Below, piece by piece: positions 1 through 10,360 of a stretch of 64,000 nucleotides of DNA. Under the pieces are notes generated by a model. It searched no databases and was not told where the DNA came from. It saw only the letters and a program-made list of their open reading frames with translations. The stretch covers positions 19,406,001 to 19,470,000 of the forward strand of contig OX638153.1 in assembly GCA_951804945.1 (NCBI GenBank). The letters run 5' to 3'. Numbering within the stretch: the first letter of the stretch is position 1; every line of letters begins with the position of its first letter. Origin of the DNA: Podarcis cretensis. Lineage: Eukaryota. Both the position numbers and the translations under genes were made by a program.

Positions 1-597
1 TTCCACTGTGTATTCATAAGGGATTTGACTTAGATTGTATCTTACCGGCCCAGTGGTTTTTCCTACTTTCTTCAGTTTAAGCTTGAATTTTGCTATAAGA
101 AGCTGATGATCTGAGCCACAGTCAGCTCCAGGTCTTGTTTTTGCTGACTGTATAGAGCTTCTCCATCTTTGGCTGCAGAGAATATAATCAATCTGATTTC
201 GATGCTGCCCATCTGGTGATGTCCATGTGTAGAGTCGTCTCTTGTGTTGTTGGAAAAGCGTGTTTGTGATGACCAGCTTGTTCTCTTGACAGAACTCTAT
301 TAGCCTTTGCCCTGCTTCGTTTTGATCTCCAAGGCCAAACTTGCCAGTTGTTCCTTTTATCTCTTGATTCCCTACTTTAGCATTCCAATCCCCTATAATG
401 AGAAGAACATCCTTCTTTGGTGTCACTTCTATAAGGTGTTGTAAGTCTTCATAGAATTGGTCAATTTCAGTTTCTTCAGCACCAGTAGTTGGTGCATAAA
501 CTTGGATTACTGTGATGTTAAAAGGTCTGCCTTGGATTCGTATCGAGATCATTCTATCATTTTTGAGATTGCATCCCAGTACAGCTTTTGCCACTCT
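1..597 (-). mobile_element. RTE-BovB LINE fragment (APE endonuclease domain), 5'-truncated, continues off the left window edge
   Basis: Minus-strand frame open for 199 codons: RVAKAVLGCNLKNDRMISIRIQGRPFNITVIQVYAPT...IIGDWNAKVG...FGLGDQNEAGQRLIEFC...YTWTSPDGQHRNQIDYIL...GADCGSDHQLL, with the RTE/BovB endonuclease motifs VYAPT, GDWNAK, IDYIL and SDH. Confidence 0.95.
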
Positions 598-1624
598 GTA
601 TAATATAGATGCGTGCAAACACGTAGTATTACGTTGGTGTCCATTTTTTAAAATGGTCACGAACAAGGTGATGGCGACAGCAAAGGAGCAATGAACCATG
701 TTCTCCAGCTTAGTGTTTATGTCCAAAATGGGGGTGGTGGTTTCTTTTTCCTCAAATAAGCATAATCAGGAAGCTTTGATGCAGGAGATTCAGAGCTAGA
801 GCATCCCCAAGAGATTGATGGCTGCCTAATCTCTGCCTGAAGGTCTGCAAGCAGTGCTGGCTGCCTGGAGGTACTCACTATGGTTTCGAATGTCTGCAGT
901 AGTGGTCCTGTTAGGGGGTCTGTTGACACATCCCTGATCATCACTCAACAGCTTCCATGTGTGAATGAGTCATCACAGCTCAAATACCACAGAATTTCCA
1001 TATTGTCTCATGGAGCTGCTTCACACAGTCATTGTGGATGTATACGCACATTTGAATCAAAGGGTGGAGTGTTTGACATGAACAGGATTACCCATGGTGG
1101 TGGTGGTTTTTCTGTGGTCGAATGAGGTTTAGTAGACAGTGCATTAGATCAGGTACCCCTGGATTCAAATTCTACCATTCCCTTCCAGCGAGTCATCTCA
1201 GGGGGGCAAATCACCATTTCCGAAGCCTCAGTTTTCCATTCATAGGCACAGGCATACTAATAACATCGCACTCAAAACGTAAGGCACATTAGTGTGTCAG
1301 ATACAGTACTGATGATAAAATACCTCGAGTTGAAGCTTTTCTCAATTAGCAAACATGTATTTTTGTTCAAACTGCTTGGTCATTGTTAGTTATTGTGATT
1401 TTTTAAAAGCGCTTTTGGATATTGAGTAATGTAATTGCTTGAATAGGTCTGTCTCCTAACCTGTAACGTAAATGGGTCAAAGCTACTGATTATTCAGGGG
1501 CTCTTATCCTTTATTTTTTCTGCAGCCTCAGTCCTCCCACACTCTTCACTGGACTATAAATCTGGGAGAGGTGGAAGGAAATTAAGGGGTGCTTAGGAGA
1601 AGGCAGCTGGTTATCACATAATGC

Positions 1625-1880
1625 ATATTTTAAATATTAAGTTTATTGCCACAAGAGATGTTGATGACCTCCTAGCTGAGATTGCTTTAAACAAGGATTA
1701 GGCAAATTTGTGGAGGATAGATTGAACCACAGCTATTAGTAATGACTGCTTACTGCAGACTCCATATTTGGAGGTGCTATACTTTTATCAGATGCTGAGC
1801 ACAAGCAAGAAGGAATGGCTTTCTCTTGTCTTATTCTCCTTGTGAGCTTTCCAGGGTCATCCGTTTAGCTGAAAACTGCT
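1625..1880 (+). mobile_element. Degraded CR1 LINE 3' end
   Basis: ttgccacaagagatgttgatg...tttaaacaaggattaggcaaatttgtggaggatag resembles the CR1 ORF2 C-terminus (LPxxVV...FKxxLDKFME) and 3'UTR. Confidence 0.55.
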
Positions 1881-2219
1881 GAACTATTTATGCATTTATT
1901 TATTACATTTATAGCCTGACCTTCCTCTGAGATTCTCAGGGTGACCTTATGGTGAAGAGTAAGTAATAAATTGAAATATTGTTCTTGTTATTATTGGTAG
2001 TAAATAATAATACATGGTTCTCGCCCACCCTGCCAAAATCTATCCTCACAACAACCCTTTGAGGGTGAAAGAGAATGACCTAAGATCATGGCTGAGTGGG
2101 ATTTGAATTTGGAACCTCTTCGATCCCAGCCAAATGCTCTTCAAAACTACACAACCCTAGACTAGATATACACTTGGTCTGATCCATAGTTCTAAGCATG
2201 CATGGATTTGGAGCTCCTG

Positions 2220-2223
<4 letters not shown>

Positions 2224-2261
<38 letters not shown>
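2224..2261. repeat. (GA)n microsatellite
   Basis: Direct reading. Confidence 0.98.
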
Positions 2262-2265
<4 letters not shown>

Positions 2266-2401
2266 TGTGCGTGTGTATATGCTTTCTCATTCATTTCTTA
2301 CCCTCCACATTTGTTTTCCAGTGTTGGGGGCATGTATGTGGAAAGAGAGCCTGTTGAACAGTGATAACTGGCCTCTTGCTCTTTTCTAGCAATAGTGGGT
2401 T

Positions 2402-2587
2402 CAGTGGCAGAGCTTCATGCTCCGGCACCGGGGGTGCAGAGAGCAGGTGGGGGTGGGGGTGGGGGTGGCGTGTGTCCCGGGGGCGTGGCACCCAGCGCGG
2501 GCAGGGGGACAGCCGCGATGGCACCCCACCGGGATCATGCTGCCGGGGGCGGTGCGATCCCCCCGCACTCCTCTTCCTCCGCCAGTG
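2402..2587. mobile_element. GC-rich non-autonomous hAT element (MITE)
   Basis: Imperfect TIRs cagtggcaga...tccgccagtg; perfect 8-bp TSD agtgggtt at 2394-2401 and 2588-2595. Confidence 0.85.
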
Positions 2588-3289
2588 AGTGGGTTCAATG
2601 TACCTTAACAGTGTAGCAACCCAAAACAGAAATGAGAGGGTAGGAGAGGTTCTTGGGATGGTAGAGATTGTGTAGGGAGCAAGAGGGAGAAAATCTGTTT
2701 GTTCTGCGCTGGGTAAAAGTGGAGGGATTAATCTGGAGAAATGGTCTTCTCGCCAAAGTGCAGCATCTTCGCTCTCGTCAGTTCCCCCAGAAGGACTAGG
2801 GCTCCAGAGGAAGGAGTTCAGAGCGATGCAGAGAGGTTGGTTGTGCACACAGTGCATGTGACAGAAATTCAATGCAGGCAAAGAAGAGCAGCTGGTTCTT
2901 AGCCAGTGTGCCTTTAAATGCTTTTTGCCGCACAGCTGGAAGCTGAATTGAGTTTGCTTCAATGGAAGAAAACTCACCCTTGGCACTTGTGTAAACACAG
3001 TTTGAGAGACAGCGACCTCAACAAAGGAGCTGCAAATGTATCTTGCAAGGCAGGAACATGGAGCGCAGGAGGCCTGATATACACAAGTTGGGTTGCCAGG
3101 TTTTCTTTTTACAGATGTTGGCCATCACCCTGGAGTAGAAGCAGGGTAAAAAAATGGGCACTTGACTCTTGTATCAGTTCTCGGCTTGGGTCTTTTAGAT
3201 GAAGATCATGCATCATGACAAAAGAACCTCAGTCACTTGCTAGACTTTTCAAAATGTGTGCTGCTTCACAGTTGCCAGGTTTGCATATA

Positions 3290-3680
3290 TTTAAACCATA
3301 GCTAAGCATAGCTATAGTTTGAAGGGAAGCATGCAGCTTGCTGGTTCATGGGGCTTAAATTGCAATTGCCTCACACCTCCTGCTGGGAAACATGCCATAT
3401 TCTAGCTTGGTGTTATGTCTGAACTTGCAGCATTCATGGTCTATGTCTCTCTAAACAAACCACGATCTGTAATCAAGGTTTGTTCTTGGCTTACTGTTCA
3501 TGGCTTCTTTAGGGGAAACAATCCATAAACCCAGATTTGGATGCCAAACCATGGCTAAGCTCCTGGTAGTGGATGAGTGGTAGAGGACCAAAACAGTCAC
3601 CATTTTAGCCCAAAGCACTTGCATGCTGCTCGTTCACTTTTAATCTATTTTTAAGCTTAGCTGTGGTTTAAAGTGATTTG
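3290..3680. mobile_element. Old palindromic MITE remnant
   Basis: Ends tttaaaccatagctaagc / gcttagctgtggtttaaa are inverted; internal aaaccatgg-type repeats. Confidence 0.5.
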
Positions 3681-5373
3681 TGCACCACTGTACCATGTTT
3701 GGCTACAGTGAAGTTGCCCTCTGCTTAATCATTAAATAAACATATACCTATGCCTGGGAGCCCCAACTGGGCTGCCTCACACATGCCCATTGCATGTTCC
3801 GAATATGTACAGACTTTTCACACTTTCCATGCTTTGCATGGTAGTCGCAGCAAATGTAACTGTCATGGAAAGGGGCCCTGAGCTTATGGGGCCTGGAGGA
3901 TAAAATATTGTCAATTCTGAGCCTTCTTTCTCGCACCTTAAAACACCTCATTTAAAAAATGTTTAGTTGCTAGCTTTGGGTACATAATAAAAGGAAGGGA
4001 AAGCAGGGTCCATTCTCTCCAGGGCACCTCCCTCCCCCCTGCCAAACAACAACAACAACAACTGTCCTGGAGAGTAGGCAGCTGGCATGCATATCTGGTT
4101 TGCAAAATGGTGGGCACTTCAAGAGTTCTGGGTGTTTTGTTGTCATCCCCACTGATTTAAGTGGGGGGAACTTAAATCTGCAATTAGCGCTTGAGTTGAT
4201 TGATTGCTGTATTAATTACAGCTTGCAGCCCAAGTAATAATTAGTGATCTTATTGGTGCTCTGCTTTTCTGCTCCATTTATACAATAGCCACTGTGTAAA
4301 TGGCTATTAGTCAAGGTAGCTGAAGAGCATTTGCATGTTTGGAGACAGCATACCAGAAGCCGGGGAGAAAAGATGTGGAAGGAAGGTTGCCGTCATGTCC
4401 TCCTTGAAATCATGGCAGAGGCACGTGACTGGTCTCTGCCAGGAAAAGGATGCAGGGACCAGCTGCTCTGATCCAGGAGGGCTGCTCTTGTATACAAGGT
4501 ATGCAGTGTTACCAGATCAGTAAACAAAAATCACTGCAGCAGGTTAATTGTAAGTACGCCGTAGTATGCATTTTTATCTAAATGGGCTGTGCAGAGATTG
4601 CTAAATTCCAGATTTTTGTTTTCTACAGGCATACGGCTGTGTGTTTTGCCCACAGAAATAGCTTTTATGGGCTGGCAGATTTCTCCTCTCTCCCTCTCCT
4701 TCTCCCCCCACCTCTGGCCCCACTTCCCTTGCCCCATGTTGATCCAGCTTGTGGGGAGTGCGGGTAGACATGGTTACATTGGTTCTGTAGCGCCCTTCCT
4801 ATTGGTGTATGTTTCCAGCCATAAAAAGGGTGAGCGGTAATTTTATTTATGTTGGTCTCATTTCAAGCTGTCACTGTAAATCTATTTTACTTGTCACTTT
4901 GTAAATCATTATACAGGATTAAGCCTTTTACCAGCTTTTAAGAATTCTGCAATCATTTTTAGCACCTCCCCATCCCACCCCCAAGCCTGGTTCAAGTACC
5001 TGGTTCTCCTATTACTGCTCCTTTACAACTCTGACAATATTGTACGTGCTTAAGAGGAAATAGTTTGTCTTCAGAATGCGGCTGACATTCAGGAGCAGAG
5101 ACTGCAACAAAGGAGGCTTTACAAGTTAAATAATATTTTGAATGTTAGAGTTGTAGTGTTTTTCCTATTGTTAAGGGAGATTTGGCTCACGTCCCAGGAC
5201 TGCAGTTAACTTTGCCAACAAACCTTATTTATCACCACTCAGAAGTTCAAGTTTTGAAAGTGCAGCTTGCTCACTCTCTCTTCTGCTCTCCGTACCAAAC
5301 AGCAGTGAAAGTGAATGCCTACATTCAGGTGTAGAAAACCAGCACAAAGTTGTTACAAAGTAGGTGTCTGAAC

Positions 5374-5511
5374 CAGGGCTTTTTTTTTTCAGCCGGAACT
5401 TGCTGGAACTCAGTTCTGGCGCCTCTCAGGTGGGCGCCATTGCCATTCTAAGACAACAAGGGAGGTGTTCATGGAGAGTTCCAACACCATTTTTCTGGAA
5501 AAATATCACTG
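5374..5511. mobile_element. hAT MITE (CAGKGCTTTTTT-type)
   Basis: Imperfect TIR cagggctttttt...aaaatatcactg; TSD gtctgaac/gtctgaat (7/8). Confidence 0.75.
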
Positions 5512-6009
5512 GTCTGAATCCATATGCATGCACAGCACTCATGTGTATTCATGTACACACTACCAAGAGGTTTGGGATCTTTTGCTAGAGTATGATGTGC
5601 ATCCATTATGTGTATGTTTGGCCTTAACAAGAAGTTCTGACACAAAGGTAATAGAGAAATAGGTTTATTATATGAAATGAAAGTGATGGAATATATAAAT
5701 GCTGCCTAAGACAGCCAAATTACAATTTAAATAGGCAGCAAATCCTATAACATGCAGCTTGATCTAAAGAGTGAAAGAATTCCTAACTATTCTCAAAATC
5801 CTATAGGATGTGAGCATGACAATTTTTCCACAGAACTCACACTAATAGCCAATCCAGAAATGGAGGTGAGGGAAGGGAATACCTGTCTTTAAGGTGGAGT
5901 GGATATTGGTTTTTTGAGGGCACTGGGTAAAATTCTTGTTGGAGCTTTGAGAATTAAAAAAACATTTAGAATCTATGGTTTTTAATCCTAAAGTCATCCA
6001 ATGCAGTAG

Positions 6010-6010
<1 letters not shown>

Positions 6011-6043
<33 letters not shown>

Positions 6044-6419
6044 TTATTATTTATACCCTGCCCATCTGGCTGAGTTTCCCCAGCCACTCTGGGTGGCTTC
6101 CAATCGAGTGTTAAAAACAATACAGCATTAAATATTAAAAACTTCCCTAAACAGGGCTGCCTTCAGATGTCTTTTAAAGAGAAGATAGCTGCTTATTTCC
6201 TTCACATCTGGTGGGAGGATGTTCCACAGGGTGGGCGCCACTACTGAGAAGGCCCTCTGTCTGGTTCCCTGTAACCTCACTTCTTGCAATGAGGGAACTG
6301 TCAGAAGGCCCTCGGCACTGGATCTCAGTGTCTGGGCTGAACGATGGGGGTGGAGACGCTCCTTCAGGTATACAGGACCGAGGCCGTTTAGGGCTTTAAA
6401 GGTCAGCACCAACACTTTG
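6011..6419 (-). mobile_element. L2-clade LINE 3' fragment with (AAT)n-type tail
   Basis: ORF 6128-6415 (LVLTFKALNGLGPVYLKERL...RAFSVVAPTLWN...) is close to the C-terminus of ORF 19509-20192; shared 3'UTR and trinucleotide tail. Confidence 0.9.
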
Positions 6420-6583
6420 AAGGATAGTTTTACTGTTCTGTTGAATTTATTTCAAAGTTTACTATCTATTTCCCACTTTGTCCATTTGCTCATTAACAAT
6501 TGAAGAACGTGATACTAGTGAAGGCGACTAAATTGGCCATCCTTTTCTGCCTTCTGTCTCAAAGTTATCCCACCATTATCTTG

Positions 6584-6799
6584 ATGGCGTCCATTCAGAT
6601 GTTGAGTAGATTTAAGTTAGCTTATCCTTATATAAGTTGCAAGGAACTCAAGATATCTCCTGAATTCCTTTTAGGACATGTGTTTGAGATCATGGCGTCC
6701 ATTCAGATGTTGAGTATATTTAAGTTAGCTTATCCTTATATAAGTTGCAAGGAACTCAAGATATCTCCTGAATTCCTTTTAGGACATGTGTTTGAGATC
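6584..6799. repeat. 108-bp tandem duplication (2 copies, 1 mismatch)
   Basis: atggcgtccattcagatgttgagta...gtgtttgagatc starts at 6584 and at 6692. Confidence 0.95.
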
Positions 6800-7568
6800 A
6801 GACTGGTACCAGGGTTAAGAAAGTTCATAATGGTCTCCTGCCATGTTACGTTATCAGTTAGTGAAAACTATTCAAGATACTGCTGAGAGGGTGATTAAAT
6901 TTGGAGAAAGGTAGCAGTGCTGGCTTTCCACTGACACCTTTCTGATATTGAAATTTACAGGGAATAATTGCCTGGTTCAGATGTGGTCGTCTCCCTTTCA
7001 TAACACACAATTTTCTGGCCCAGGAACCAGCTATGTGTCCACTTGCCCCATTCCTCTGGCACCTCCCCTCAAAGGCCCAGATTCAGCAAAGTTATCATGG
7101 TTTCTTAAACTGTGATGTCTGAACCAGAAAATTGTGGTTTATGGCCCCCTCCAAACCAGGGTCCAATCCTGGTTTCATAGTTTGGTTTGGAAGGGCTCTT
7201 TAAATTAATTTGTAAGTACAGACATCCCAGGAGACTTGACAATGATACCATGGTTTCTTAAGCAAAACTCAGGTGCCTAAGAGCACTAGGAAAGGGCAAG
7301 GAGCTGCAGAGGAGCTGCAGAGGTCGATGGCACACTACAGTTTCTCTGCTCAATATTATTGTGTGTCTGAATCAAGCCAGTTAGACATGTTTTGGCAAAC
7401 TATACCATCAATTTGTTAAGAGACACCAAACTTTCAAGGAGCAAGTTTTGTTTTATTAGTATTGCATCAGTTATGTACTGATAATTAATATAAGCAAAAA
7501 GATAAACCCCTGCCCCAAGGAGCTACAATCTGAATGTTTGACAATGGAGATCATGAAGGGTGGAAATA

Positions 7569-7808
7569 CAATGGTACCTTGGGTTAAGAACTTAATTCGT
7601 TCTGGAGATCCATTCTTAACCTGAAACTGTTCTTAACCTGAAGCACCACTTTAGCTTAACCTGAAGCACCACCACTTAACCTGAAGCCGCCGTGCCACCA
7701 CCGTGCGATTTCTGTTCTCATCCTGAAGCAAAGTTCTTAACCTGAGGTACTATTTCTGGGTTAGCGGAGTCTGTAACCTGAAGCGTCTGTAACCCCGGGG
7801 TACCACTG
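7569..7808 (+). mobile_element. Tc1/mariner (Tigger/pogo-like) MITE, family A
   Basis: TIR ca(a)tggtacc...gggtaccactg with flanking TA; internal taacctgaagc repeats shared with 4 other copies. Confidence 0.9.
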
Positions 7809-8999
7809 TACAGGCTTGCATGCCATGAAGGTGAGCAGATGCTGCTTTTAATTTAGGTGCATTTGACTGCTGCTGCTGCTGCTATTTATTAAGTTTATAT
7901 ATCACCCTATACCTGTAGATCTCAGGGTGGTTTACATAATAAAAACAGCCCAATCAAGCCCCCTAGGTTTTATTGGTATGAAGCCAAATGCTGGCAGCAT
8001 TTATGAGTTTTCAGATATCTGATGGGGGGGGGGGAAAGAGGTGGGAAATGTGAACTGTGTACCTAGGATGGAGTTTTAGGCAGCAAGGGAGAATGGATGG
8101 CACCAATTAAAAGAGTGTGAGACTTTTGGGTAGCTGAGGAGGGCTGAGTTGGAAGTGTGGAGGTCATACACAGGAGAATACTGGAAAATAAAGGAGAAAA
8201 GATAGCGAGATGAAAGGCCTCAGGGAAGAGGCCTCAGCTGGTATAAAGGCAGCTTCCTGTGGTCTGAGATTTAGGCCCGGATCCAAGCAACTTGGTGCAC
8301 TAGCGGAAGCCAGTACAAGGGCTGTCTGCTAGCTCAGTGGGGCTTCCTCCATCCTTCCCCTGTGTGCCCCACACTTTCCCCAATGCACCATGATGGCAAG
8401 TTCATGTTCAGCAATAACCTTCCAGCATGTGGCAACTTCTTTTCTTGCCCCCCTTTTTTAAAAATGTAGACCTGCTTTCCAAGTTTGCTATAATGTGTAT
8501 ATAGCATTGCATGACTTAAATGGAAAATAGGAGTGTCACATGGATTTAAATTAATCTACTGATGGGAAGTAGTGCTGAGCACATTTCTTACGTCCTTGTA
8601 GAATTCATGTCTTCAGATAATTAGCTGCTTTTCTTAAGAAGCCGTTTGTTTGACATAAGCTGTCATTAATAAGATGTCTTCTGTCTGACATGGTGTCTTC
8701 CACATGTGGTTGTCATGACAGCATTCTGCACTTGCAAACTTTGAGGATGTGGGTCTTGGGCTCTTACTGGCTTATGATACGTCCCCTAGGCCTTATTTCC
8801 TGTCCATTCCCTGGAGTCTAATTGTTATTGCCATTTTAAGTAATAACGGATTATCAGACCAGATTAAGGCTGTGCAAACTTTCTTGAATGTGTAGTAAAT
8901 TGTACAGTTGTTTTGAGGGTTGAAGCAGAAAGAAAGGGGTTGGGGGAATCTCTCATCCTGGTCACTCACTCTGGATCAGGGTTAACTTTTTCAAACTCT

Positions 9000-9225
9000 T
9001 AATCTTTATCAAAGAGCTGAATTGGATAAAAGGTTGAAGAATTATTGTCATCAAGGATTGACACGATAGGGATTTAGGGACAATATTCTCTCTTTCACTC
9101 ACAATACTTGAATTTGAGGTTGTTCAATGAAATCGATTGACAGGAAACTTCGAACAGTCAGCCAAAAGAAAATACTTCTTCACACAAAGCACAATTCACG
9201 TATAGAATTCACTGCCACCAGTGTT
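9000..9225 (+). mobile_element. Degraded CR1 LINE fragment
   Basis: caatgaaatcgattgacaggaaa...aaagaaaatacttcttcacacaaagcacaatt...aattcactgccac matches the CR1 RKYFFTQR...WNSLP region. Confidence 0.6.
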
Positions 9226-9339
9226 AGAAACTCAGATATGTAATCTAATTGCCAAATGGCACCTTAAACATAGGTTGTGGTCGCTACGGTGCAATGTCTA
9301 GGTGCTGTTTTTTTGTTTGTCTTTTTGCAGTGGAATCTA

Positions 9340-9507
9340 TTGTTGTTGTTATTTTCATTGTTATTATTTCTCTGCTGCTTTATATTTTAAAGAACAAATC
9401 TCAGAGCAGTTTACAACACATTAAAACATCAAATAAAACAATCCAAAATAAAATTCAAGCTTCAAGGAATTTTTTTCAGATCCTTCTCTAAGTGACATTT
9501 TGCTTTC
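9340..9507 (-). repeat. Short dispersed repeat with simple-sequence tail (copy 1; copy 2 at about 24470-24640)
   Basis: About 120 bp of high similarity (aaatctca...cattaaaacatc...aattcaagcttcaaggaatttttt...ctctaagtgacattttgctt) shared between the two loci. Confidence 0.75.
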
Positions 9508-10199
9508 CCCAGTTGCCAGCCTGGAATCCAGAGACCTCCGTGTGATCGCAATTGGATCCACACCAGTTGCAAAATGCTCCTAGCTCCTGGTTGCTTTCTA
9601 ACACTGGCTGCTGCAAGTTGTTGTGACAACCATTGGCTGAACTTTAAAATGGGGACTGGACAAATAAATAGTTATAATGATTAACCAATAGAGCAGAGGC
9701 ATTATTTCCCAGAATGCTAGTTGTGGGGTCACAAAAACATAGCTGTTGTTTTCATGGTGGACTTGCAGGTTTCCATCTAGCTGGTCATAATTGGAAATGG
9801 GATGCTGAATTAGAGACAAAACATTCTGATCCCACAAGACAGTTTTTATTTTTCTAAGGTTGTGGAGTAAGAGAGCTGAAAAAATGCCAACATATTTCAC
9901 ATCTGGCAACCAATAATTTGGTTTCAGCTAGTACATGGGTAGACGAATCCAAAAAGCCTGGGACGCAAATTTCCACGGCCCTCTAGTAGCTATGGTGGCT
10001 CATTTACCAGAAGTAATTATTTAGTGTTAACTTTGGAAGTGTATACTCAATTCTGACCAAACTAAGCCTTCTGATGTATATTTTGCTCTAGGCAGTAGAT
10101 TTCAGGCAGTAGATTTTAACATAGAAGAGGAATGACACCAAGTTATTTTAATTTGGGTATAATTGTAAACTGTTTATTATTGTTGTTGTTAATATTGGT

Positions 10200-10360
10200 T
10201 TCTATTGATTTATTGGTTTGTGTAGGATATTTTGTTTTTTAATGTTTGATGTTTTGTTGTGTTTATATACGTTGTAAGCCACCCATTGTGGCTGGGGAAA
10301 CCCAGCCAAATGGGTGGGATATAAATTAAATCATCATCATCCATCATTATTAACAACAAC
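10200..10360 (+). mobile_element. L2 LINE extreme 3' end
   Basis: gttgtaagccacccattgtggctggggaaacccagccaaatgggtgggatataa matches the 3' UTR hairpin of the L2 copies at 6050-6110 and 19440-19490. Confidence 0.7.

Noticed and set aside
2198-2998. Overlapping ORFs including a 235-aa minus-strand ORF
   Set aside because: They run through a GC-rich hAT MITE that lacks stops in all frames; low-complexity translation with no recognisable domain
6500-6886. 128-aa ORF with an internal 36-aa repeat
   Set aside because: Produced by the 108-bp tandem duplication; no coding signature
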